Shown piece after piece: positions 37,187 through 49,792 of a DNA stretch of 64,000 nt. The notes beneath the pieces were generated by a model. That model had not been told where the DNA came from. It saw only the letters and a program-made list of their open reading frames with translations, and did no database searches. Origin of the DNA: Octopus sinensis. Its lineage: Eukaryota. The position numbers and the translations under genes are program-made. The DNA is taken from NCBI RefSeq assembly GCF_006345805.1, contig NW_021832604.1:55465-119464 (forward strand), given 5' to 3'. Numbering within the stretch: position 1 is the first letter of the stretch; each line of letters starts with the position of its first letter.

Positions 37187-38015
37187 CGATGTCTCGATAC
37201 TTTCCAAACGGGGTCCCTCAAGGCTCCCCCCTTTCACCAGCCCTGTTCAACTTATTCTTATCGGATCTACCGCTACCAAACGACAAAGACTCAATCATTT
37301 TATCATACGCTGACGATATCGTAATTGTTACCCGGAGCCGTGAGGTGAACACGGCGAGCACAAAACTGCAGAACCACCTTAACAATCTCGAAAGTTGGCT
37401 CTCGCTAAACCGACTATCAACGAGTCCGGAAAAATCGGTCACCACGCTTATGACCTCAGCAAGGAAGCTTGGGAAAACGGTGGTGAACCTGTACCTAAAT
37501 AATATGGAAATCCCGTTTCAAAAATCTCAGAAAATCCTCGGGGTGACTTACGACAGTCATATGTGTTTCTCTCAACAAGTCGATAATATTACTACAAGGT
37601 GCATGAAGAAACTGAACATCTTGAAAGTGTTTCTTCGTAAATGCAGACAGTGTATCAGCTTCCCCGCACGACAAGCCTTATACCGGCAATTCATCGAACC
37701 CTCCCTTAGCTATGCTTTTGAGGCGTGGGAGGGTCTATCAGTGGAACGAACCGCGCTAAAATCGAGAAAACTCAAGATCGCTTCCGAAAAGCACTGCAGG
37801 GACCGAACGAACATCTACTCATCCCCCATTTAAAGAAATCTTGAGAAGAAACCTCGGGGATACAGGGCCTAAAACACCACCACCGCGCCCTCGCAGAAAT
37901 TGTGCCGAGACAAGGGAGGAGCACCGGTCAAAGTTGAGGACCCTCCTCAGAGAAGCCGGGATCACCTGATTAATTAGTTTTATGTTTTGGACGGTGATCT
38001 TGGTTCTAATAATAA
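37187..38015 (+). mobile_element. 5'-truncated LINE (Jockey/I/L2-like RT fragment) with (TAA)n tail and 13-bp TSD
   Basis: GVPQGSPLSPALFN, SYADDI, KILGVTYD. TSD TAAGTGTTGGCAT at 37174-37186 and 38016-38028. Confidence 0.9.
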
Positions 38016-38277
38016 TAAGTGTTGGCATGATTAATTGAGTCACGAAGCACTCACTCGAGCTTATATTCAGCCTGTGGGTATCGGGAAAACATCCGAGCGT
38101 ATGCGTTCAAATCATAAGTTTGGAGTGATCCCATCGGAATAATGCCCAAAGTCTCGGTCGAAAAATGTAGCAACGGAGGAATGTTTGCCGAGTGTGACCA
38201 CTGAGCCAAACTTGAAACAGAAGAGGTCGAAAACATGTAACAGAACAAATAATTTAGTGGTTAAATGTAAGTACATG

Positions 38278-39560
38278 TTAGTGCCAGTCAAGATTGATCT
38301 TGAAGAAAGCGAAAGGATAATAATCTGCTTGCCCGGCCAACTTTATCTGCGTCTCGTCAACCTTTTCATTAGAAATGAAATTCTCGTCGAGCCCCGAATA
38401 CAAATCAAAGAGCACAGTCTTTAACTTTTTGGCAGTTTTTGTAGTCGGATGAAGGACAGTCAGCAGCAACTGGTTGGGAATGCCATACCCGTCATTAATC
38501 AGGAAACACTACCTAAGCACGGATTCAGTGAAAATGCGGAGGATTTTTATGTGGACAAGCGCGGAAAAAGCTTCACTAAAATTGATCCTGAGCCAATTAG
38601 TCAACGGTCTCTGAACAGATGGAGAGGTGGAATGTTACAATAAGAGCGGCCTGTCTCTCCTCCAAAGTAGCCAAGCTATTTCGGTGATTCGCGGCATCCT
38701 CACGTCGATACTCAAACTCGCGGACTATGAATTTTCTTGCTCTGCACTTTGACTTGAAATCGTCGACGACAGTTCTGAAGAGAGTGACAGAATACAGCAT
38801 ATTGTCGTCCTCCTGGAGAATCAACCTGAAGGATGTGAACACTACACATACACCGCGAGGAATCGGGGACCACCATGTCTGTCAGACTGGCATATGAGTT
38901 GAGCCATGCAGCCGAATTGTTTTTGTTGATCACGACGATGAGAGTCACCAAATACTCAGAGTCCAATACCAAATCCTCTTCGGAAAGGACATCGTAGAGA
39001 CTCCGGGACATGAGACCGGCAGTAGCCTTCCTTCGATGTTCTTCCAGACTCGTCTTGACCTTATTGTATTCCCCTCCCCGGTTTTTGAGTTCTCCTTCGA
39101 TATAGTATATCTCCTGTTGTTCGTACTACTATACTTACTTTCTCCAGTAACTCTTTCATTTGACTTGTATTCACTTTTAAGGGATATTTGGCATGGTTCC
39201 ATGAGAATTGTCCGACAAATGCACCCAAACGCACTACAACGTGAGTCCTAGTCCAACCCCCCTCCACCATCAGTCCATCCTCCTCTCCTAGAGTGTTCAA
39301 CAAGTCTCCCAACCGACGGACGACACTAAACTAAACACACAGGATACTTCTCGCACTGAGTGTCCACTCGAGCCAAATCGTCCAAAAGTAGCAATAATTC
39401 GTCAAGACTCCCGAACTAAGATTAGCCTTGCTTTTAGCACTTTGAAATTCGGAATATCCAGCTTGTGCACTGACGACAATTTCTTATTTTCAATTTTCTC
39501 CTTTTGGTCGGAAAGAGTTTGATCATACATGGGCACGGAGACTAACCAATATTCGGACAT
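38278..39560 (-). CDS. ATP6V1C: V-type H+-ATPase subunit C
   Basis: [78 protein letters not shown]. Confidence 0.93.
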
Positions 39561-39744
39561 TCCACCAATAGAGACCACAGAAAAATATTTTTAAATTTTA
39601 TCAAAGCACAATTATAAATTGAGGATTTAATTAATGATTTAATTCTCATTTATTAGTAAAAAATAAAATTCGTTCTCATAGATGCATTGGTGGGTTCCAT
39701 CCCGACGGACAGCTGTTAAATAAGTGTTGGGCAATCAAAGACTC

Positions 39745-41720
39745 TTATCTTTTTAGATTAACACATTTTATCCACGAGGTAAAACTCACCGCTGAACTGT
39801 CGTTGTTTAAGTGATATCTCGGATATTGAATATTCGACAATATTCTAATTTTTAAAATAAATATAATTTTTCCACAAATAAGAGAAATGGAAATTAGAAT
39901 TTGATCATTTGAGAGTATTAACATTGCGAATAGGCTTATCCGTAATCCTGATACTTCGCACATATCGGGAGGATGTTTTGAACTCCGAAGTTACGTTGTT
40001 TCTGTTTCCGTGTTGCCGAAGTCGATAAATACTCCTGCTCTGCCGATAACTCTTTTTGAACGAATCGCATATATTTTTACAAGTCACATTCATGCATTCA
40101 ATATTTTCTACAATGTGGAGAATCATGCGAACCTATTTCCAATTCGTCCGAAATTTCATCGTCTTGAGTTTCATCAAAATCTATTTTGCAAGAAAATAAA
40201 AAAACAATCGAGGAATATATCATCGGATTGTATTTCGCTTGCGAATGCTCGTTTTCTGTAGTCCACGGTGAATCCTCGCAGAAGAAAGTCCTTCAACTTG
40301 TGAGAAATGTTTTCGGGGATATCAGCCAACGGAGGAGAGTGATTGGCGATCTATCATCACACAAGAGGGAATACAATATATTGTAGGGTCTCGATGTGTT
40401 TGCATCGTCTCTCCCATGGATGTGAGCCCGACAGTAAATTGAGCAGAAAACAGGTCGCGGCCCAAACGTCACTTCTGTAGTCAAACGGCTCATTCCGGGC
40501 AACCTGAATAACCGCGAGTAAATACCTCGGGACTCCAATGAGTGGGAGTCCCCGTGATTATCCCAACGTTTTCAATGACGGTCTCGCCATTTGGGATCCT
40601 CCTAGCAAGTCCAAGGTCGATGATTACAAGACGAAGTCCGTCTGCTGAAACCATCACGTTCGAGGCTGATGTTTATGATGGTTACAGACCTTTGATGTCG
40701 CAGTGGACTATGGATAAACTTTGAAGATATTCCAATGCGGAAAATATTTCCAATGCATAGTAGAGAGCCTGATATTCTTCCAGGTGGGAAATTGATTTTA
40801 TTAACTGACTCATGGGGATTCCGTCTATGTACTCCATCAGGATGTAGAGATGACACTCTGCCCGAATAATTCCATATATTTTTATTATATTTTCGTGCCA
40901 CAATTGATAGGAAATTTCCAATTCTTCCGCGTTGAAACGACTCATCTCAGTCTATCACAATCAAACAAATTCTCAACTTTCTTGACTGCGAATATTTTGT
41001 TATTCAAAATATCCTGCGCGAGATACACCGTTCCTTGAGAACCCACTCCCAGTTTGCGGATATACTTAAAATCCACGTTCGGATAATATTTATTATTTTG
41101 TGGCTTGATGTCCGTCACAAAGATTACTCCCTCGTGGCCTTGGAGACATCCTTCGCATTCATCCGAGATTTGGACATGCTGCAGTTCACTCCACATGTTA
41201 ATGTAGTCCTTCAAAACTAAAGTGCTCTAACAATCCGGGTTTACCAGAAGGTTGCTTGGAAATGACTCCGCTGTTAAATATGTCATAAAAGCCACAAAAC
41301 ACATCATTTTTGTAATTCTATCAAATCCTCAATATCAGATTTCACGTATAAAATTTACCAGCGTTTCTGAGTGGGTTTTCACCGATTTTTGACAATTCAA
41401 TTCCTAGAATTAAGAATTCATCGAATTCCATTAAGAACCTGTTTCCTGTCTGTCTTTTTTCTGAAAGATCTTTCGAATGAATTCCATTTTTCTAATATGA
41501 AATTCAATTTGGAATCTTACTTATCTTGAGTCCAACATCAAATTTAGAAACATGTCTTCGAATAATTTTGTTCAATAAATTTCGTAGCATTTGTAGTACA
41601 AATTTTAATCCAAAGCGGTGATGATGTGAAGTTCCTACATTTGAGTAGGAAATATTCAATACCTTTGTTCTTTGAATGTTTAATGCTTTTAGTAATGTTT
41701 AGTTTACGTGAATAATTCAT
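39745..41720 (-). CDS. MAP3K14: Ser/Thr kinase, MAP3K14(NIK)/MAP3K8-like; ends approximate
   Basis: LGVGSQGTVY, FAVKK, FNAEELE, HCDIK, DLG, spliced GTPTHWSPE, DVW..GSHPW. The FxAEEL, GTxTH and HPW motifs resemble NIK. Confidence 0.6.
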
Positions 41721-42087
41721 GGCTTATAAATATGAAATGAGATTAATTTATATTTATTTTAAAATACATAAAATATATTAAAATAAAAATATCTAAAATA
41801 AAAATAGTTTTTAAATTATCTTAACGTTTTTTATATATTTTTGAGTTAAATTCAGTCATGTTTTGAGAACTCAGACAGTTTCTTCTTATCGAGGTAGCGT
41901 TTCTTTGAAGAATGTGAGAGAGACTTTTTGTGGCAAAGTATAATCATCTAAATTTAATATACAATGTAACTTTAAAGAATATGTTAAATTGAAAAAGAAT
42001 TTTCAAAGGAATAAATTAGTTAATGAGGAAATTAATAAATGATAAATAGTTTGCATGTTCTTTTTTCACTTTCTTTGCAACACTTGT

Positions 42088-43170
42088 TAATTGGTGTGCC
42101 ATAAAAGTGGGTGTCGAACATATAGTTCTATTAGAAACAATATAAGAGAGTACTTTATTTTTAGGTACGTGGCTCGAAGGCACGACAGTGATCTTACAGT
42201 CATGTATTCGCTTTATGTACATGTGGAGTTTCGACAGACACAGTATTTTATGGTGTCGGCGTCAACTGGAATGGAGCGGCCATACAATTCGTAATTGGTC
42301 TCACTCCCAGGTTTGCGCATATTATTTAGCAAATCGTCCGAACACACTGATTGGTATTAGTGTTAGATTTATTTATTTACCCCCGGCCCCTTCAATTGAA
42401 GGAAGCCGGTGGCTAACAAGAACGTTAGGGCCAATGTCGGACGCTCCCAAAGATCCCCGATCGTGATCCGGTGTTCCGAGGAAGTAGAAGGCGGGCCTGG
42501 ACAGGAGAAAAGGTCGTTGAGGGAATAGGAAGGGGTTATTTCACCAAGACCGATTTTTATGCGATAATCGTGTAGGCCAGTATGGTGGCCACAGCGGAGA
42601 CGAGCCAAGTTCACTCGGGCTTCTCTTGAGAGGGAGGATTCGATCTTATTATTGGCGGCGGAAGGCGTCCCAGAAGCTTGTTTATTCAAGACATCTGATT
42701 GCCCTCGTAGCCACCAGGTCGTGAATCCCCTTCTGGTTAATGTCCGGAGGGGATCGTATAAGCTTGCGGACTTTGTCCGCGAGGGTCGGAACTATTCTCC
42801 TGTTGTTAGTGGAGTGCCAGAGGAAGTAGCCAGGGTGATTTAGGGTTCGGCATTTAGTGTTAGATTGTTAGGTGGTATTGGCAAAGTTGTCCAAGTTGAC
42901 GAATGCATGTTTTCTAAACGGACAAACAATGCAGGACGGATTCTCCCTCAACAATGGGTGGTTGGGGGAATCTGTCGTGGAAGTAAAGACTGTCTCATCA
43001 AGATGGTTCCAGATCGCTCCAAAAGAACTCTAACCGCCGCAATACAGGAAAATATCGCACAGGGATCAGTGATACACACTGACAAATGGAAGGGTAACTC
43101 CTTCGATGAGCTAATAGATGCCATCGTCAAATTTTGTCCGCCGAATATCACGCTTCGTACTACCAGCTGA
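42088..43170 (+). mobile_element. Merlin (IS1595-like) transposase, intron-containing, internally deleted, interrupted by a LINE
   Basis: CHKSGCRTYSSIRN/STWLEG, LIGGIGKVVQVDECMFSKR, WVVGGICR, VPDRSKRTL, IHTDKWKG, then a jump to C-terminal FDELIDAI. Confidence 0.88.
42370..42853 (-). mobile_element. 5'-truncated LINE 3' end with (TAAA)n tail and 13-bp TSD
   Basis: SREARVNLARLRCGHH C-terminal motif. TSD TTAGTGTTAGATT at 42357-42369 and 42854-42866. Confidence 0.88.
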
Positions 43171-43682
43171 CCTTTTTTATTGTAATAAAGATTTTTTCAC
43201 TGAGGGAATGATGATAAGCATCTTTATTAACCAACAACTGTGTCTTTTTAGACAGGTGGTCGTTAATAGCTCAGATTTAATTTTGTCGGTATTGTTTTGA
43301 CACCACTAAGCCGGTAAAAAATTCAATTTTTTTAAAAAAAAATTAGAATAAAATTTACAAATTCGGCATAGTTTAATTTTTTAAATTTTCGATTTAATAT
43401 TAATAAAAATTTTCATTAATTCATTTAGAGGAAATTGTCCATAGAACACTGGAGTCTCTCGTAGAGGCAAATGGGGGGATCGTGGAAATGGACCACAAAC
43501 CATTCACCGTACCTACAGAAAGTGTGTGGGGTCACAGTCGGAACATCGTGAAAAGATGGCTCGACTGTTGAGAAGTGTCGGAATCACCTGAACGTGTTAG
43601 TTAATGGTTAAGACGGTGATTTTGTTTGGCTTAAATAATAATAATAAGAGGCTTCGTGCAGGATGAAATGCAACAGTACCAA

Positions 43683-44190
43683 TTTTTTTAGTAAATCTGA
43701 ATTTATTAAAAGAAGATTAGAAAAGGGAGAAGGATTGTTTAAGACTACGCAGGTTAGGGCGCCCTCTCAGCCTTACGGATTGCGAAGCAGTTGCCGCGGA
43801 TTACGGCAATGGAGAGGCGTTGAAAAAGCCAAAAGGACTCTCTCGAGTCGTCCCTCCTTTTGGCGATTCTTCTCCCCAAATTGCGTAGGAAACAAAGCGA
43901 CTTGCGGCCTAAGACTCCAGAGGTCTCAACGGCGATGCGCGTGAAAACGAAGCTGGAGAGGTGACCGTATTTCAGGATTTTGAGATCTTCAGCGCGATTG
44001 GAATCAAAGCCTGGGTCGACGTCAGACCTGGCTAGGTTCCCGTTGGAGAATGTGTCACAGCAAGTGGAATCCCATATAAGAGATTTTCCCTGCTTAAAGG
44101 GGAATGTAGTTAAGCCGTCAGGGCGTTTGCCGTCATTTCTGTCCAAACCGACCGGTTCGAGGACGGACGGCACCCCGGGGCTTCGAGGGA
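43683..44190 (-). mobile_element. CRE-clade 3' fragment with short A-tail
   Basis: GVPSVLEPVGLDRNDGKRPDGLTTFPF..WLFQRLSIAVIRGN. Confidence 0.88.
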
Positions 44191-44309
44191 ACAAAGGTAA
44201 TAATTATTATGAGTTTTTACTTTTATTTAAGATTTACACCAATTTTTGCTGGCATACCATAATTTTTGACGATAAACTCAATAAACTATTTCACTAATCA
44301 CTTTTTCTG

Positions 44310-45680
44310 ATGCCTAACCAAGTTTTCATAAAAAATAATGAAGAGTACAACATTATAAAATCTATCATCGAAGAACAAGACTTGAACACCTCAGCTTCTC
44401 GGAAGTACAAACTAAAAAGAAGGCTGAAAAATTCGTTTTAATAGACGGAAAGCTCTACCTTCAAGATTATTTATCTAATCACAAACTTGTTATTGCCACA
44501 ACAAACACACATGAGATGCGGACAAATTGCAAAAGAGATCGACGACGCTAACCATTGTGGACACAATGCACTCGAAAAATTGTGTGGAAAACAATTTTGT
44601 TTTGTTATAAGAGATGCTATTCGTCAGGTGGTAAGAGACTGCGATATATGCCAGTCTGCTGTCCCGCTGAAATAATAGGACGACGTAAGTCATATTTTTG
44701 CGGATGTACCGAATGAGAGATTTCAGATTGATCTGATTGACCTAAAAGGGTATAAAATTGGGTTATTCCCAAGGTTTCTAAATGACAATGATCAATTTTC
44801 TTGGTTGTTGAATGCGATTGACGTCTATTCGAGATATGCATTCACCAGGAACCTACTGAACAAAAGTAGAAGAGAAGTTGCCAATAAATTAGAAGAAATT
44901 TTTATGGATCACGGGCCTTATAAATACTTCCAATCAGACAATGGTACGGAGTTCAAGAATCACCATATGAGAAAACTCGGTCAAGAGTACAAAGTTGTTC
45001 AAATTCATGGACGACCCAACAATCCCCAAAGTCAGGGGATAGTTGAAAGATTTAATCAGACAATCACAAGGAGTTTATCCAAATTGATAGCTTCGGATAA
45101 TAAAAATAGTGGATAGAACACATTCGAAAAGCTGTGTTTTTGTACAATCAGAGTGCTCATTCATCCACATGTAAATTGCATTTTTTATTTTCTAGGAATT
45201 AGTCCATTCCAAAAATATCGTGGTATTCCTGGATTCAACACTGTTGTTGAATCAGGTGTTGAGGAAAATCCAAAAAGTTTTGATATGGAAGAATTGGAAG
45301 TTTTAGAAAATCCCGAAATTTATAATAAAAGTTTTTATTGTTATTTATTAGTAAAGATGATGAGTACCAGTTTAATTTTGAAAGGATGAATTTGCAGTCT
45401 TCATATTATAGAAGAATGAATAGGAAGAAGGGAGTCCATTGATCAAAATATGAGTTAGATGTTGGAGATATTATATTCTATTTTTAATTACTTAAAAGTT
45501 TATGTACAAAAAGATTATGGGACGAATCCTTTTCTTCGATTAAAAAAAAATGAACATTCATATGGGGATCCACTAATTATTGTCGAGAAATTGTCTAACA
45601 ATTTTGTCAAAGTCACAGATAGTGCTGGGTCTATTAAGAAAGTTCATTCAAAGCGACTAAAAAAATTCAAGAGGACATAA
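44310..45680 (+). mobile_element. Degenerate retroviral-type integrase (Ginger/Gypsy-like) without RT
   Basis: HCGHN..CDICQ zinc motif, FQIDLIDL, IDVYSRY, FQSDNGTEF, PQSQGIVERFNQT. Several frameshifts. Confidence 0.8.
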
Positions 45681-45974
45681 ATAATGGTTAATTATCATTT
45701 ATTTATTGTCAACAATTGACCTTAGTTAACTTTGATGTAATAGATTATTTTTATTTTTGACAATCATTGACATTGATAGATCGCTCTCAACGCTCGCGAC
45801 ATATCATTATTTTGGGATTAATTTTTACAATAAGAGAACCAATAAATTTCAATAAGCGACAAAAAACTTTCCTACAGAACCACAAATAATCAAAATTATC
45901 GATAAAAAAGCACGTTGGATTTACCAGCGAGACTTCTTTTGACTTTAAAGAATTTTGATTTTAAAAATTATATA

Positions 45975-47443
45975 CAGTAAAACCTCTCGAATCCGCCGAT
46001 TTTGGGACCGACCAAAAAATCGGCGGATTCGAGAGGCAATTTAAATAATATTTTATAGTTGAAACATGAACTTACAATATAGATTAAGTATTTCTTTTTA
46101 TATACAAATGACTGAATACATAAAATTATTTATATTCAAAAAAATCAGAAATTTTATTTTTTTAATTAATTTTCTTAACATTTCCACAATTCGCATAATA
46201 TTTTCATGATCATCTATATCTGCATTTACCTGAGAAGCATAAGTTTTAATAATCTCTAGAGCTCTGAAGGCTTCTGAGAGATAAACTTTTTTCTCATTTG
46301 ATTCCTCTTCAATAATTGTTTCCTAAGTATAATTATTAAATAAAATCACTAACTGATTGAACTTTTTTTGACTGTAATGTACCAGCTTGTTCAGATTTGT
46401 CTAAAAATTCGATTAGCTCTTCATTTTCAGTATATCCGTAATCAACAAATTCACTATAAGATATTGGATCGTCAATTTGAAATTTCTTAATTATTTCTTC
46501 ATAATTATTTTCGTAGTTCTTAGATTCACTGTTGATTGTGATTGTTTCACATTTTATCCATTGTGCATGACGGAAACAATTTTTGATGGTCGTAGGAGTA
46601 ACTTTATTCCAAGCGAAGAATGTTAATGTCGCAGCAACTTTATTCCAGGCCGTGATTTGGTGCACACACTTTTGGAAGGAATCGCCTTGTAAAAAACACC
46701 AGTTTCATCTGCATTATAAACATTGTCCAATCCATATTGTTCAATTTTTAAACTCATTGTTTCATTAAAATCAGTAATAGATTTTTCATCATGATTTACT
46801 GATCCACTGTCTCCGTGAAATTTTCTTAACTTGATACCATTTCGTAATTTAAACTTTTCTAGCCACTCACGACTTGCTTTAAATTCTGGAAAATTTTTTC
46901 CAAACTTAAGAGCTTTTGCAATTAACATCGAATCTGATAGAATTGCTCCACTAGATTCCATTAAGTTAATCCATGTTATCATCGCTACATCAATTTCATT
47001 AAATTTGAGTTTTGGAATTCTCGTTATGTTTAATTTTTTGATGTCAGTCCTATTCAAAAGGTCCGATTTTGATTTAAGGTCGTTTATAGTTCTCGGAGAA
47101 ATTTTCTTTTTTAACCGTGAAGAAAAAATCCTGGAAATTTGAGGTGCAGAAACGAATGGGTTGTAAGAAATATAACGTAGTATAGAAATTTTTTCGTTGA
47201 TAGAAAGTCTAACACAGCGACGCATCACAAAAATACAATTTAACGTGTAATGAGAATTTTAAAATGTTAAGTAATTTAACTTACAATTAGATAAAAAAAT
47301 TATTTTTCATAATACTTGAGGAGCGGATTCGAGAAACAAGCGGATTCAAGAATCATTCATAGGAAATTTCAAATTTTTGATTAAAACAAGCGGATTCGAG
47401 AAGCGGCGGATTCGAGAAGCAGCGGATTCGAGAGGTTTCACTG
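45975..47443 (-). mobile_element. Tigger/pogo DNA transposon with complete TIRs, TA TSD and internally deleted transposase
   Basis: TIR CAGT(A/G)AAACCTCTCGAATCCGC at both ends, flanked by TA (45973-74, 47444-45). CENP-B HTH (FKASREWLEKFKLR), YNADETG, AWNKVTPTTIKNCFRHA. DDE core missing. Confidence 0.93.
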
Positions 47444-47819
47444 TAATTAGGCTTTTCAGTCACCTGATTTCAATTCAATTTATTATGTTTGAGCAATGAT
47501 AAAAAGTAAATTATTGCAAAATCCGTCGAAAAATTTTAAAGATTTATAAATAAAATTTTTTGAAATATGAGAATCAATACCGAAAAAATACTTGAAAATT
47601 TAGTTATGTCTATTTTGGAAGAAATTTATGAAGACAATAAAAGTTTGGAAGTTTATGAAGACATGGAGGAATATCAACTTTTTAAATTTTAATTTGTTTT
47701 ATAAAAATAAAAAAACTGATAGGCTGACGATAAGGCCTGGTTTTGCTAATTTATGAAATAATCAAATCATTAATTTTCCAGATTAAAAGGAAAAAAATTA
47801 TTATTTAAACATATTATTA

Positions 47820-49573
47820 CTAAACTAAATTCATATGACTAGTCACCGATCCATTTTGTAAAATAAAGTTTCCGAGAATATCATATTTCAGTGAAATTAT
47901 TTGTTTTTTGAACAACAGCGATGCAATTTTTGAGATTAGCAGGATCATGAATATCGTCAAAAGCATCACAATACTTCTAAATGGGTACGATGGCAGCACA
48001 TATGTGTCATTAAGAATATTCCCGAAATCTCTGTCCAAGGATAACCGTAGAATTATAGACGTCACATAAGCAGTAACACAACCATACCCGTTGATCTCGA
48101 ACGGGGAGTAAAGCATCAGTGTGAGCACTGGGAACAGCAAAATATAACAAATCTCTGACGAAACATTCCACAGAATTAAGCTGGATTCAGATAAATGAGC
48201 AATGATAATGGGAAATATTATAATTACGGGCTGGCAACTGATAAATGCAAGTTTTAATTGTTTGTCTGTAGCCTGATTTCCACTTTTTAACTGCCATAAG
48301 AGTGGAAATATGTTTTTAGTGAAAATCGATGCAATTGAAATTGTGATCGAATCGAGTGAAGAAACCGAAGCAGCAATAATGAAGCCAATCCCCAAAAATT
48401 TAACCGGAGTCGAAGTTAATTTAACTGAGACTGATAGAACGTCCTCATATTTCAAGATGGGAAATGATCCGTCATGTTTATGAGGGAGCTGAAGTCGAAA
48501 ATAATCCCAATCTATTTTAGCTAAATAATAAGACTTGTTTGGAGGGCAGAAATTCCAATGAGGATGACTGGGATCAGCAATACAAGACACAAAATTCCAG
48601 AAATTATGCTCATGAATTTGGCGTTCTTAGCTGAAGAACAAGAAAAAATTCGTTGAAATCCAGACTATCTGGATTATAATCACTCTAAACCTGCCATACT
48701 ATTCCTCCAAATGTATATATTAAAAAATTTTCTACGTACTGAGTGATTTCACTTACTTCGACCTTGCCATAAATCGACTCACTCGCCTCAGAAATTCGAT
48801 TGACATATATGTAAATTGATGCGATAATCTTATAATTATATAGAGGGGATACCAGCCCTGACATCATGATTATCAACTGAATGACGTCCGAATACGCGGC
48901 AGAATAAATTCCTCCTACCATTGTGTAACAAATAGTTATGATGCACAGTATAATGTTAGCAACAAGCTTGTTGATATTTGTAAATATCTGCAAAGACGAA
49001 GCTAAAAGATTAGGAATTGAATGTCCACCAGTAACTGAGAGAATTGCAGAGAACCAAATAAGTTCTGAAAAAAGTAGAGGAAGTGCCAACAAGAGACTAA
49101 TAAATTTTCCAAAAAATTCTTCAAATGCATCCACGAGAGTCACATATCGGGAAGAGTACATTTTTTCTGAATAAAAGAAACCAACTGTATAGATGAGAAG
49201 CAGAAATATACTTATAATCATACTAATTGCATAGCAAATGGGTGATTGACACCAAATCAGGCCATAGCGAACGATAGTCTCTACAGTCCCATTTAGATAG
49301 CTGGTGCCCATCCAGGTAGCTATAATTAGAGATAATCTCTTGTGAATACATAATTAGTTAATTAATAAAATAATGAGCAATACCCGTCATTGTGAAACAG
49401 CTGGCAATAAGACCAACGTTCCTATTTCCGACCATCAGATACTCCGAGGTTATGTTTTCGTTTAATGGGTTTTGATGACTTAGAAACATCCCCAAAAAAA
49501 GCATTGTGAAACTGTAGACTGTCACACCGCATATACCTATCGGATCAAAAACGTAGTTTTCAATCCAAGACAT
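47820..49573 (-). CDS. SLC5A7: High-affinity choline transporter (SLC5 family)
   Basis: MVGNRNVGL..FTMT, TWMGTSYLNGTVE, YVTLVDAF, YTMVGGIYSAAYSDVIQL, FGGIVWQVYFQR follow the CHT1 motifs. Confidence 0.88.
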
Positions 49574-49792
49574 TTTATTCAATTCACGCAAATCATAAAA
49601 TAAATGTAAATATCGATCACACATATTAGCGACAAATTATTATAAAATGAAGCCGATACCAATACGACCGAATCGTATATGTAGCAAGAAAGACAACACA
49701 TTTTAGAGGAATATACCCACAAAACATTTTCCTTACCTTTAAAAATAGCGATAATTAGAGATCCTGACAGTTTAATCCCATCATCATTTCTC

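Larger units (their letters stand above)
34292..43568 (+). repeat. Segmental duplication copy 1 (matches 54726-64000)
   Basis: Sequence and ORF track recur with offset 20431-20434; about 16 differences seen by eye. Confidence 0.97.

Noticed and set aside
37174-42866. Shared AGTGTT core in two LINE TSDs as a target motif
   Set aside because: Opposite orientation relative to the two elements, and only two examples.
43440-43600. Possible Tc1/mariner fragment (ESVWGH)
   Set aside because: Similarity too short to support.
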